Shown here: one piece after another, positions 27,905-37,644 of the stretch | How the letters are laid out: each line of letters starts with the position of its first letter | Numbering within the stretch: the first letter of the stretch is position 1 | Assembly (NCBI GenBank): GCA_030765145.1 | Contig: JAVCDA010000082.1 | Coordinates: forward strand, 27,152 to 91,151 | Direction: 5' to 3' | Length of the DNA: 64,000 nt | From: Candidatus Saelkia tenebricola | GTDB taxonomy: Bacteria; Omnitrophota; Gorgyraeia; Kaelpiales; Kaelpiaceae | Notes under the pieces: model-generated | The model's database searches: none | Told to the model about the DNA's origin: nothing | What the model saw: the letters and a program-made list of their open reading frames with translations, nothing else | Made by a program: the position numbers and the translations under genes

Positions 27905-29415
27905 TGAATTAACAACCTCTTTGGTGAACCATACTCTTTAAACTTCCAAACACTTAAAACCCCTTGCATAATCATCTTTAACCCTACATGAAAAAGCTTG
28001 ATAAAATTAGAGGCTTGCGCGATTAATTTTATCAAAAAAAGATGCTTTTTTAAAAAAACACTGCGAGCTAATAACCTTATTACATTTTTAGGAATGAATG
28101 ATTTTGATATCAGAGAAACTATAGCTACAGCAAATAACTCATCTTCACTCCTTGGATATGAAAAACCAAGTCTAAATTGATAAAAAGACTTATTTGCCCT
28201 ACCTTCTATATCATCTGGGGTAATAATTTTCTTCTCAAGAAAAATTTTACTTAATTCTGTCCCTGGAAACACCGTAAGTGAATAGAGGAACAAGCTGAAC
28301 GGCCTTGGTAAATCAAGCAATAGTGTTATTAATTCTTTTTTATTCTCAGGAGTAGATAATGGATTATCAAATATTAAATCATATACTACATCAAGATTGA
28401 TTTTTTTTGCTTCTTGAGCAAATTTTTTAATCACATCTACTTCTAGCTTTCTATTATAAACCTGCTCTGATTCCTGTACTGATCCGGTTTGAATCCCAAT
28501 TTGAATTCTCTTTAAACCTGCACATTTTAGCTTTTTTAAATTACTTTTATCCAGACATTGAGCATTAAATAGAATTTCAAACGGTAATTTAACACGTTGT
28601 CGATATTTTTTACAAAATTCATCTATCCAATACGCTGGAAAAATAAACGTATCGTCATCAAACTTTATCTTCTTAATTTTTTTAAACCGGCTTAATCCAA
28701 CTTCAATCTCAGATAAAACTTTTTCAACACTACCTATACGATAATATCGTTGATTTTGATATAGAGCCCTGTAAATGCTATTATAGCAATAACTGCAATT
28801 AAAAGGGCAACCGCGAGATGCAAAAACCCGTAACTCCTTTGCACTAACCAAGGGATCGATATTTTTTAAATCTTTGTCTATAAAGAACTTGTTTACACCC
28901 CCGTAATCTTGAGGAGGTAAAATATCTAAATCTTGGATTAAAGGTCTTAGATCCTCAAAAATTACTTTATCATCTTTTTTATAACAAAGATTTTTGATCC
29001 CTTCTAACGTCCATCTTCCAGCCAGAGCTCTAGCAAGATCAAGCATTACATGCTCCCCTTCCCCTCTGCAGATAAAATCACAATACTCTAAAGATTCTCG
29101 AGGCTCAACTGTTGCATGTATGCCTCCCCAAGCTATTTTAATATCCAATGAAGATTTCATTTGCATTGTAAGATCTTGGGCAATTTTTAAAAAAGGTGAA
29201 GTAAAGCTTATTCCTACAAGATCAATCTCTAGTTCTTTACACAATGACACTAGATGTCTTTTTTCTTTTTCACTTGGGTAATGCATATCATTATTTAACC
29301 ATCTCTTGAAAAAGATAAGATAAACATTGAATCCATTCTGTTTTAAAAACGAGGAAATCGACCTTATACCGTTATTTTCAACACCATATAATGAAATTAA
29401 GGCTATATTAAGCAT
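27901..29415 (-). CDS. B12-binding-domain radical SAM protein (class B)
   Basis: N-terminal B12-binding-like domain; SRGCPFNCSYC; 504 aa. Confidence 0.85.
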   Translation of the reverse strand: MLNIALISLYGVENNGIRSISSFLKQNGFNVYLIFFKRWLNNDMHYPSEKEKRHLVSLCKELEIDLVGISFTSPFLKIAQDLTMQMKSSLDIKIAWGGIHATVEPRESLEYCDFICRGEGEHVMLDLARALAGRWTLEGIKNLCYKKDDKVIFEDLRPLIQDLDILPPQDYGGVNKFFIDKDLKNIDPLVSAKELRVFASRGCPFNCSYCYNSIYRALYQNQRYYRIGSVEKVLSEIEVGLSRFKKIKKIKFDDDTFIFPAYWIDEFCKKYRQRVKLPFEILFNAQCLDKSNLKKLKCAGLKRIQIGIQTGSVQESEQVYNRKLEVDVIKKFAQEAKKINLDVVYDLIFDNPLSTPENKKELITLLLDLPRPFSLFLYSLTVFPGTELSKIFLEKKIITPDDIEGRANKSFYQFRLGFSYPRSEDELFAVAIVSLISKSFIPKNVIRLLARSVFLKKHLFLIKLIAQASNFIKLFHVGLKMIMQGVLSVWKFKEYGSPKRLLIQ

Positions 29416-30219
29416 TTAAATCGGTATTTCTGGTTGAAATACAATTCTATCAATCCCCAATTCACCTAAATTAGAGGGCAGTTTATCCCAATATAAAAAA
29501 TATGTATTGCCCTTCAAAATTAAATCTCCGGGAATAGATTTATGTCTCAGCTTAAAATTGCAAATTCTACATTCAGCTTTGCAATCTTCGATCAAACGCA
29601 ATCTAAAATTTTGCCTAAAAGCCTTATTTGTAGGACAAAGTCTTGTAGTGGAGATATAAACAAATGGATAATATATAGAAGCTTTTATTTTAGACATCGA
29701 AGGCCGACCTATCCCAAGAGGAAGATTATCAAGCTCTATTCTTTCTATTCCTAACTCCGACAATAATAAAATAACTTCTTCTCTATCTAAATATGTTGAT
29801 GAGAAATGCTCTATTAAATCAGCGGGTAATTTATTTAGTATATTAGCTAAACGCGGACCTCTTTTTTGCCGATTTAGAAGTCTGCCTAAAACTAATTTAA
29901 AATCATATTTTTTATTTCTTATTAATTCTAACACCCCAAAATCATTTACAATTACCTCTCCTTTAAATCCCAAAGAATTTAAGAATTCGAATACCACCAA
30001 TAATCGTTTAATACCAAGATCTGTAACATAAGGAGTCAGATAACTTAGTTTAATATTCCTTTCTTTACACAACTTTATCATCTGTGATGTTTCATTGATT
30101 CCAGGAATAAGATGTTCACAGAATTCATTGCCAAAATAAATTCTTGTTTCATCCAAACACCTCGGAAAATCTTTTGGAAGATTATTATAATATATAGCTT
30201 TTTCTATCTCTGATAACAT
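29416..30219 (-). CDS. U32-family protein, short form (UbiV-like, putative Fe-S subunit of an O2-independent hydroxylase)
   Basis: 267 aa; TRIYFGNEFCEHL resembles the U32 core; C-terminal four-Cys cluster CPTNK...CKAECRIC in the position of the UbiV [4Fe-4S] ligands; directly downstream of a canonical U32 gene. Confidence 0.5.
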   Translation of the reverse strand: MLSEIEKAIYYNNLPKDFPRCLDETRIYFGNEFCEHLIPGINETSQMIKLCKERNIKLSYLTPYVTDLGIKRLLVVFEFLNSLGFKGEVIVNDFGVLELIRNKKYDFKLVLGRLLNRQKRGPRLANILNKLPADLIEHFSSTYLDREEVILLLSELGIERIELDNLPLGIGRPSMSKIKASIYYPFVYISTTRLCPTNKAFRQNFRLRLIEDCKAECRICNFKLRHKSIPGDLILKGNTYFLYWDKLPSNLGELGIDRIVFQPEIPI

Positions 30220-31259
30220 ATTTCAGCACAAGGATAGTTATAAATTTCTTTAAATAATTCCCTAACAGTTGTTTCATATCCTTCATAAGTACTGTCTTGA
30301 GCAAGTTCAATCGCCGCTTTTAAAAATTTTATATCTTTTACCTTCTTTACAGTTTGGTAATTTCTTCCTACAATTTTAAAAACCTCAATACCGGATTTTA
30401 TTAATTCAAAAACCTCACACACCCGGCAAGGATCAATCCCTGTATCAAGAGAAAAATATTTTCTAATATTACTTTTTATTTTTGATAACTGCTTTTCTTC
30501 AACATCAGCTTGAATTTCAATCTTATAATCCAATATACAAGCGCTATCAACCCCCTTAATCAATTTGTTCAGTCCAAGTAAAAAGGGATATTTCCTCTGT
30601 TTCTCGAGGATTTTTAGATCCAGATTAGCTTTTTTCAAAATGTTCCATAGAAATGGGAGCGTATGCTCGCTAACACCATGATGGAAAGTGCAAAATCCAT
30701 CTATATTTTTGCAACCACTGTTTAAAACAAACACTTCCAAATCCATATCAGAATGATTCGCTTTGATATTTCTTATCTCTTCCAATGTTAACTGCCGGGG
30801 TAAAGTTATTCTAAAAGGTGAAAATCTTTTGTAAAACTCTATACTCCAAGAATTAAAACTAGTCGCACACGTACTAACTATTAGTTTCTGCTTTTTGAAT
30901 TCCTCTCTACTTTTCAAATAATCCATGATTCCTAAATCAGCGACAATAAAACCATCTACTCCTGCATCATGAGCATTTTGAATCTCTTGTTTTATAATTT
31001 CTTCTTGATTTCTGGTATAAAATGCATTCAGCGTCATCCAGACAGAAACACCAGATTCATGAGCAATATTAACAATCTTTTTCAATTCTCGATAATCGCC
31101 TAGATTAGCCGAGCTCCACTCTCTTCTATTGGGAGAACCGATATTAGTGTATTTCTCTCTCCAGCTTTTAGTTATAACTCCGCAATATAGTTCATCTGCT
31201 CCTGCTGATATAAGAGAAGAGACTTCATTCGCACTATTAGTCGGGGCAAGAATCTTCAT
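30204..31259 (-). CDS. peptidase U32 family protein (UbiU/RlhA/TrhP-like)
   Basis: N-terminus MKILAPTNSANEVSSLISAGADELYCGV matches the U32 family start (ELLAPAG...AGADAVY.G); 351 aa. Confidence 0.75.
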   Translation of the reverse strand: MKILAPTNSANEVSSLISAGADELYCGVITKSWREKYTNIGSPNRREWSSANLGDYRELKKIVNIAHESGVSVWMTLNAFYTRNQEEIIKQEIQNAHDAGVDGFIVADLGIMDYLKSREEFKKQKLIVSTCATSFNSWSIEFYKRFSPFRITLPRQLTLEEIRNIKANHSDMDLEVFVLNSGCKNIDGFCTFHHGVSEHTLPFLWNILKKANLDLKILEKQRKYPFLLGLNKLIKGVDSACILDYKIEIQADVEEKQLSKIKSNIRKYFSLDTGIDPCRVCEVFELIKSGIEVFKIVGRNYQTVKKVKDIKFLKAAIELAQDSTYEGYETTVRELFKEIYNYPCAEICYQR

Positions 31260-32577
31260 CCCAAAATTTCTCCCGCATTATGTTATCTCTTGCACCAACT
31301 TCGGTTATTCCCAATTCTACGGTCATAGCCCCTTTACCGCAATTCATAGCTATTTGTTCATCGAAACTAAACCTGTCACAGGCAGAAATGAAACCTAACA
31401 ACAAAAAATCTTTTGGAACTAACGATACATTGAACCCATTCTTTAATAAACTTCCGAGCTTAACAAATTTTAATAAATACTTGATTGTTCTAAAATTGAT
31501 AACACCCAGTACAATTTTAAAAATAACGATAATTGGCACAATTTGCTTAGCACTATCTGCCATTTTATCAATTTTTCTTTCGGCGAAATTCAGATTGACT
31601 ATATCACTTATCGACTTATTATTATCTCTAAGAATTAAATAATGCTGATTGTAAAAACACTTCCGGGAGGAAAAAAACCATAGTAAGAGATAGTATAATT
31701 TTTCAAATTTAAGAATTTCATCCCTTTTTATTAACTCAGGACTTTGTGCTTCTAAGGCATCAATCAGCTCATCAGGCATATAGAAAGAATCGGAAGAAAT
31801 TTCTCTGCCCTTGCCTAAAAACCTACAACCTAAAAAAAACACCTCTTTTATATTGCTATGTTTTAAGGCAAATTCTAAAATCCCAGCCATTTCTTTTTCA
31901 TTTACTCCTTTTACAATAGTTGCTTTTAAATCTACACTCAATCCGAGTTTTTTTAAATTATCAAGCGCTTTAAGTTTAATATTAAGTAGCTTCTTGCCTC
32001 TGATTTTCAGATATACTTCATCGCTAAAACCGTCAAACTGTAAATGCACCTCTTTTAAACCTGCTTGTTTAAGCTTCTTTATATAATCAAAATCGGCGAT
32101 TTTGATTCCATTTGTATGGAGTTCGGCAATATTCCCAGATTCAGAAACTAATTTTATAATTTCCGGCAAATCCCCCCTCATAGTAGGCTCTGCCCCCATA
32201 AGACCAATTTTGTAATTCTTTTTACCCCGTAAAAATTCTTTCAATTTTGAGAGTGGATAATCCTGCAGCTTGCTAACATTTGCATTAGCCAAACACATAC
32301 TACAGTTAAGATTACACTTTGAGGTAAGATGTACTAAAAAATCCCGCTGGGGGAAACTTTTTTTTATTAAATAAAAATAAACTTTTTGTAATTGCTTATA
32401 ATAATAGGGGTGGTTTGATATTAAAAGCCGGAAATCTCCATGAGTAGGACAATTTTTTTTTAGGAAAATCTTATTATCTTCCTCAATAATTTCAGCTTCT
32501 ATTTTATTTAAACATTCCGGACAAAGCGATTTTGTTTTTCTTAGTATTTTACTCATTTCTTTAGCGCCATTAACCAT
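31237..32577 (-). CDS. radical SAM protein with N-terminal zinc-ribbon
   Basis: CPECLNK...CPTHG N-terminal Cys4/His-type ribbon, followed by SKCNLNCSMC (Cx3Cx2C); 446 aa. Confidence 0.75.
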   Translation of the reverse strand: MVNGAKEMSKILRKTKSLCPECLNKIEAEIIEEDNKIFLKKNCPTHGDFRLLISNHPYYYKQLQKVYFYLIKKSFPQRDFLVHLTSKCNLNCSMCLANANVSKLQDYPLSKLKEFLRGKKNYKIGLMGAEPTMRGDLPEIIKLVSESGNIAELHTNGIKIADFDYIKKLKQAGLKEVHLQFDGFSDEVYLKIRGKKLLNIKLKALDNLKKLGLSVDLKATIVKGVNEKEMAGILEFALKHSNIKEVFFLGCRFLGKGREISSDSFYMPDELIDALEAQSPELIKRDEILKFEKLYYLLLWFFSSRKCFYNQHYLILRDNNKSISDIVNLNFAERKIDKMADSAKQIVPIIVIFKIVLGVINFRTIKYLLKFVKLGSLLKNGFNVSLVPKDFLLLGFISACDRFSFDEQIAMNCGKGAMTVELGITEVGARDNIMREKFWDEDSCPD

Positions 32578-33572
32578 TCAAATAATGTGTAAGGATTTAA
32601 AGCAAATAGATGATTATATTCCACATAACAGGACGCAGCACAAGCCTTACAAGGGGCAATAGTCATTGAATTAAATGCAGGTTGAAATCCATTTTCTAAT
32701 ATATTAGGCCCATATATCTTATCTACCAACAGCGAACAGGGAAATAAAGAACCATCTGTATCTATATTACAGAATAACTTCCCCGCCAAGCAATTTATCC
32801 CTCCTTTTTCATAATCTAAAGTCGGAACTTTATAATCCGGCCATTCTAAAAGATAATTAAGATAATTAAAGGAAGAAGCAATAGGAGCTTTTTGTTTTTT
32901 AAAATCAATTATTTTTTTAATAGCTTCCCTCAATTCATCATCAGAAGGATAAAGATGTTCATGATTCCTAGATAAATATTCGTTATGGTGAAGTATCTGG
33001 AACGTGGTTTTAAATCCATATCTCATAGCATAATTTATTATTTCTTCTATATACATAATATTAAATTTTGTAAGAACTGTTATTGTCCAGAACGGAATAT
33101 TATTATTTCTTAAGCATTCAAATGCCCGGATAGCTTTTTTAAAATTATCCTTTCCTCTAAGTTTGTCATGTGCTTCCTGGGGCCCATCAAATCCAATGTT
33201 TACATGATCTATTTTTTTAATATCCCGTAATTTCTCAGGCAACAATTGTCCATTTGTATCTAAAGTAACAAAAAATCCTTTTCTCTTAGAATAGCGGATA
33301 ATTTCTCCAATATCACTTCTTAAAAGAGGTTCTCCACCCCAGATACCTAGACGCTCACACCCGGCATGTTTTAGCTGGTCCAATATGTTAATAATATCAC
33401 TTGTTGTGAGCTCTACTTTTTCTCTTTCGGGAATAGCACAATAGAGACAATTAGAAGTACATCGATCTGTTACCGAAAACATAACATTTAAAGGCTTACG
33501 CCGATTTAAAACTTTATATCCTAAACTACCTAATCCCATTTTAAAAATATTTTTAGCTTTCATATTTACCAA
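32553..33572 (-). CDS. radical SAM / SPASM-domain protein
   Basis: DRCTSNCLYC near the N-terminus; C-terminal Cys-rich region (CLAGKLFCNIDTDGSLFPC...CKACAASC) typical of SPASM auxiliary clusters; 339 aa. Confidence 0.8.
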   Translation of the reverse strand: MVNMKAKNIFKMGLGSLGYKVLNRRKPLNVMFSVTDRCTSNCLYCAIPEREKVELTTSDIINILDQLKHAGCERLGIWGGEPLLRSDIGEIIRYSKRKGFFVTLDTNGQLLPEKLRDIKKIDHVNIGFDGPQEAHDKLRGKDNFKKAIRAFECLRNNNIPFWTITVLTKFNIMYIEEIINYAMRYGFKTTFQILHHNEYLSRNHEHLYPSDDELREAIKKIIDFKKQKAPIASSFNYLNYLLEWPDYKVPTLDYEKGGINCLAGKLFCNIDTDGSLFPCSLLVDKIYGPNILENGFQPAFNSMTIAPCKACAASCYVEYNHLFALNPYTLFEWLMALKK

Positions 33573-34770
33573 AATAGTCTTTTAATACCCCCACCATATA
33601 TTCTATATCTACTTTACTTAACTTATGATGAATAGGCAGGTGAAGGATATTTTGCTCTATAAATTCAGCATTAGGACAACTAAAATTTTGTTCTCTAAAA
33701 GGATCTAACAGATGACAGGCTTTAAGAAAACCAATCGTGGAATCAACTCCTTTTTGAAGTAAATATCTTTTAAGATTTTCCCTGTTTTTAACCAGAACCG
33801 GAAAACTTAAATACACAGGATTTGATTTTGCATAAGGATGAGGATAAACTAAATGATTTTTAAAATCATTTAACAATAGAGACATATATTGTCCATTTTC
33901 TCTCCTTTGGTCATTCATTTCTTTAAGTACATTCAGTTGGCTCAGACCAAGACTTGCTTTTATAAATGAAGGATACTTGATCTCGTTGTCAAGCCCATCG
34001 CTTAATAAGATATTTTCTTTAAAAATTGTTTCCAGCAAATCATTTTTCCTAAACGCAAGTAACAGCGGATATAAAAATAGTGAAAAAATAACAGGATTGG
34101 AAAAAAGAACAAATAAGAAAGCTTTAATTATCTCAGCTACTACTTCCTTGTCTTCTCTTATCACCTCTTGACACATTGATTTTAAACCTTCATCGTCGGT
34201 AACAAGCATGCCTCCAGAAAGTGTTGTAAAATTTTTAGTAATGGAAAAGGAATAAAATGAAGCATGGCCAAAGCTTCCCGATAATTTATTTTCATACATT
34301 GCCCCCAAAGACTGAGCACAATCTTCTATTAGATACATCGTGTTATCTTGGGCAAATTTTATTATTTTATTCATATCAGCACTAAGTCCAAAAAGATTTG
34401 CTGATACAACAGCTAGGCAATCATTATATTTTTTAGAATCTTCTACTTCTAAAAGAAAACTTTCTCTTCCAACATCGAAAAAGATCGGCTTAAGATTTAA
34501 CTTTGATATCATAAGCGGAACTGATGGATGCGTAAAAGATGGCATAATAACTTTTTTTCTTTTATCTTGATAAGCTAAATTTTGCAGTATTAATTGGAGA
34601 GCACACCTTCCTGATGGAGTAAATATTGCATATTTTCTATTTAAAAAAGAAGCAAATTGTTCTTCAAATCTATTTATAATATTTGGAACATCTGCTTTCT
34701 TAAAAAAAACGCTAAAATCATCTAATTTAATAGCAGGGGAAAATCGTGGTATTATTTTAAACTTTTTCAT
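33553..34770 (-). CDS. DegT/DnrJ/EryC1/StrS-family PLP-dependent sugar aminotransferase/dehydratase
   Basis: 405 aa; family-typical N-terminus (spacer ...FEEQFASFLNRKYAIFTPSGRCALQL); SITKNFT places a Lys in the Schiff-base position. Confidence 0.85.
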   Translation of the reverse strand: MKKFKIIPRFSPAIKLDDFSVFFKKADVPNIINRFEEQFASFLNRKYAIFTPSGRCALQLILQNLAYQDKRKKVIMPSFTHPSVPLMISKLNLKPIFFDVGRESFLLEVEDSKKYNDCLAVVSANLFGLSADMNKIIKFAQDNTMYLIEDCAQSLGAMYENKLSGSFGHASFYSFSITKNFTTLSGGMLVTDDEGLKSMCQEVIREDKEVVAEIIKAFLFVLFSNPVIFSLFLYPLLLAFRKNDLLETIFKENILLSDGLDNEIKYPSFIKASLGLSQLNVLKEMNDQRRENGQYMSLLLNDFKNHLVYPHPYAKSNPVYLSFPVLVKNRENLKRYLLQKGVDSTIGFLKACHLLDPFREQNFSCPNAEFIEQNILHLPIHHKLSKVDIEYMVGVLKDYFGKYES

Positions 34771-34777
34771 TACGAAA

Positions 34778-36118
34778 TCAAATTAGAGGGTTAATTCCTT
34801 CTGCTACCTCTAATGCATTTTCAATACACTCATCCATGTTATTATACCAGAAAAGCCCCTGCCTCCCGGCAAGTTTTATATTCTTGAAAACTTTTAAATA
34901 ATCAAGGAAATCGTCCTTCTTTTCTACAAAATCTAGAGTATATACTGGATAAGCATTGTCTATTCTCTTAATTAGAATGTCTTGAATCTGAGCTGTTTTA
35001 TTAACAACCCTTATTTCTTTTAAATCGTTGAGGATTTTTTCTTTTAACTCTAAAGGAGAAAGTGAATATTCATCGCTTTTGTCATAACTTCTTTCTATTA
35101 TTATCGATGCCTTACCCGGCATCGCAAGATTACTCGAGAAACAAGATGGAATAGATAAACGATGGAATGATATATTTTTATCACTATAGTAACACCATTG
35201 AAATTTCTTGAGCAGATCTTGCTCTTCAAATAAGAGAAAAAATACTTGCAAGGGGTGATAAATCAACTTTAATTCTTTATAATTTAAAATCCTGGCTAAA
35301 ATAGTCAGAGGCGCTGTCCAGATAACCTGAGAAGGCAGAATAGCTTCATTCTTTAGAATAACTTTTGTAAGCTGTTTATCCTTAATCTCAATGTCGATTA
35401 CCTCTTCACTGGTCTTAATTACACCACCTTTGTCTTTTATAAGAGACATTAAAGTATCTGCAAACATCCCTACACCGTTTATGGGATAAAAATAATTTTT
35501 TGTAAACTTTTTTGATCTAAAAAGCATTAATGCTACATCTTTTAAGTTGCGGGAATATATCCTTTCATCTATGACAGCTTTTTCAATTCCAGCTTTTGCC
35601 CAAATCCAATGAATTTTATCTGCTGAACAGGACAAAAATTTATCTGATAAATTTTTGAAAAAAATATTATATATTGTTTTACCGTATCTATCTTTTATAT
35701 AACTTGCATAATTCACTTCTGGTTCAATGGAAACAATTTTAATATTAAAAACAAAATCTCTTAAAATCAAAAACAGTGTTTTAAAACGCAAATTGAAAAT
35801 ATCGATAAAAGACAACGGCCAATTAAAATATCTGCCCTGACAATAAATTAAACTAGACCTTTTGATTTCCTTAAGATTACTACCTAAAATTTGATAAATA
35901 TAATCAACAATTTCTTCGTTATTACTATAGAATCTATGAGGACCGATATCGAATTTCATCCCGTTATAATTGAGTGTTCTCCCTAATCCACCTACCTGAT
36001 TTTCTTTTTCTATGACAATTACAGACAAACCTTTTTTGATCAACTCATGAGCAACTACAAGACCTGTTAATCCTGCTCCTACAACTACAATCGGTTTTTT
36101 TATTATTTTATCTCCCAT
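34778..36118 (-). CDS. FAD-dependent oxidoreductase (UGM / amine-oxidase-like), paralog 2
   Basis: VVVGAGLTGLVVAHELIKKGLSVIVIEKENQVGGL dinucleotide-binding motif; GPHRFY and IYCQGRYFNWPL motifs parallel the 18866 and 42406 paralogs. Confidence 0.7.
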   Translation of the reverse strand: MGDKIIKKPIVVVGAGLTGLVVAHELIKKGLSVIVIEKENQVGGLGRTLNYNGMKFDIGPHRFYSNNEEIVDYIYQILGSNLKEIKRSSLIYCQGRYFNWPLSFIDIFNLRFKTLFLILRDFVFNIKIVSIEPEVNYASYIKDRYGKTIYNIFFKNLSDKFLSCSADKIHWIWAKAGIEKAVIDERIYSRNLKDVALMLFRSKKFTKNYFYPINGVGMFADTLMSLIKDKGGVIKTSEEVIDIEIKDKQLTKVILKNEAILPSQVIWTAPLTILARILNYKELKLIYHPLQVFFLLFEEQDLLKKFQWCYYSDKNISFHRLSIPSCFSSNLAMPGKASIIIERSYDKSDEYSLSPLELKEKILNDLKEIRVVNKTAQIQDILIKRIDNAYPVYTLDFVEKKDDFLDYLKVFKNIKLAGRQGLFWYNNMDECIENALEVAEGINPLI

Positions 36119-36119
36119 T

Positions 36120-37538
36120 TTACACTCTTGTTAACGAACGATATATATAAGGCAAAAATTTTATAGTGAAAACAGGATTTTTAACGAAATTTATTAACCC
36201 TGAATTATTTATAATAGACCAAATCACTCCGGATCTAAAATAAAACTCCCGATATGCCTTCCTCTTTAGCTTATATAAATCCTTCTCTTTTAAATCATTA
36301 GGAATAAAATATGGCCGTGTATTTAAAATATTATTCTTTGTGTATTCTTTCCAGTAATCAACAGGAAAATATCTCTCATCAAGCGCCCGCCTATAAATCT
36401 CTGTTTTTGGCAATCCTATTGTAATTGTAAAGCTCGCCCAATCCAACGGTAAAGTTTTTGCAAAATCAATGGTTTTTAAAATGCTTTCATATGTTTCCCC
36501 TGGATAAGCAAGCATAAAATAACTTCTCAACTCAAATCCATTTTTTTTTGCAAGCCTTGTTTTTTCCCGGATTTCTTTTAAATCTAATCCTTTATTCATT
36601 TCATCTAATGTGCTTTGGTTACCTGATTCAATTCCAAGATTTAATCTATAGCATCCAGCACTTCTAAGAGCTCTAAGGATATCTTTATCCAACAAATCGA
36701 CCCTGGTTCTTATATTCCAGATAAATTTTAATTTCCTTTTTGCTATGAGATCACATATTTTAAATACCCTTTCTTTCTCAATTGCAAATGTTTCATCAAA
36801 AATAATAAGCTCTTTTATCCCGTATTTATTAATAAGTATATCCATCTCTTCTACAACATTTTCAGCACTACGAGCCCGATACTTACCTAAATAACCCTGG
36901 AAACAAAAATTACATTTATAAGGACACCCGCGAGACGTGATCATTGTAAAAAATGGATATTTTACAGTTAGTGCAAGATATTTTTTATAAGACAATAAAT
37001 CTATAGCTGGGAAAGGGATACCATCTAAATTCTCTATCTCAACTCTGGGAGAATTTATAATTACTTTGCCATTTTCTTTAAATATGCACCCATCGACATT
37101 AATTAATCCCTGTTTTTGATTAATCCTCTTAAGTGTTTCTATAATTGTATGCTCTCCTTCACCAAAGATGCCAAAATCAATTGCATCTGCTTGCAATGAT
37201 TCTTTTGGATATACTGACAGCTGTGGCCCTCCTACACCGATAATGATATCAGGCAACGTTTTTTTTACGATTCTTGCTATAGCAACAACATCTTGCCATA
37301 GCAATGTTGTAGCAGTAATTAGTAAAATATCGGGGGCAATTTTTTTTACAAATTTCTCAAAAACATTTATATTAAAAAAGTATGTTTCTAAATCTAAAAT
37401 TTTAACGTTGTTACCGCTATCTCTTAGCACCGAAGCAATATATGCCAATCCTAAAGGAGGATAAATCCCGGTAATATTTGTTTGTAAAAAAGTTCCATTT
37501 TTTCTGGTTTCCTGCGGTTTAATTAAAAGTACGTTCAT
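36120..37538 (-). CDS. B12-binding-domain radical SAM protein (class B)
   Basis: MNVLLIKPQ... B12-binding N-terminus; SRGCPYKCNFC; 472 aa; first gene of a roughly 10-gene minus-strand run preceded by a 370-bp leader. Confidence 0.85.
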   Translation of the reverse strand: MNVLLIKPQETRKNGTFLQTNITGIYPPLGLAYIASVLRDSGNNVKILDLETYFFNINVFEKFVKKIAPDILLITATTLLWQDVVAIARIVKKTLPDIIIGVGGPQLSVYPKESLQADAIDFGIFGEGEHTIIETLKRINQKQGLINVDGCIFKENGKVIINSPRVEIENLDGIPFPAIDLLSYKKYLALTVKYPFFTMITSRGCPYKCNFCFQGYLGKYRARSAENVVEEMDILINKYGIKELIIFDETFAIEKERVFKICDLIAKRKLKFIWNIRTRVDLLDKDILRALRSAGCYRLNLGIESGNQSTLDEMNKGLDLKEIREKTRLAKKNGFELRSYFMLAYPGETYESILKTIDFAKTLPLDWASFTITIGLPKTEIYRRALDERYFPVDYWKEYTKNNILNTRPYFIPNDLKEKDLYKLKRKAYREFYFRSGVIWSIINNSGLINFVKNPVFTIKFLPYIYRSLTRV

Positions 37539-37629
37539 TCCTATTGATAAACAAATAATACTTATATATATGTAACATTAAACTTCTCAAGCTTTAAATA
37601 GTCCTGTTTTCATTACCCCCATCTATATC

Positions 37630-37644
37630 GATGCAGATTGCATC
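37630..37644. promoter_or_regulatory. 6-3-6 palindrome GATGCA-gat-TGCATC in the operon leader (candidate operator)
   Basis: Perfect inverted hexamers separated by 3 bp, about 95 bp upstream of the 36120..37538 start codon in a 370-bp non-coding region. Confidence 0.3.
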
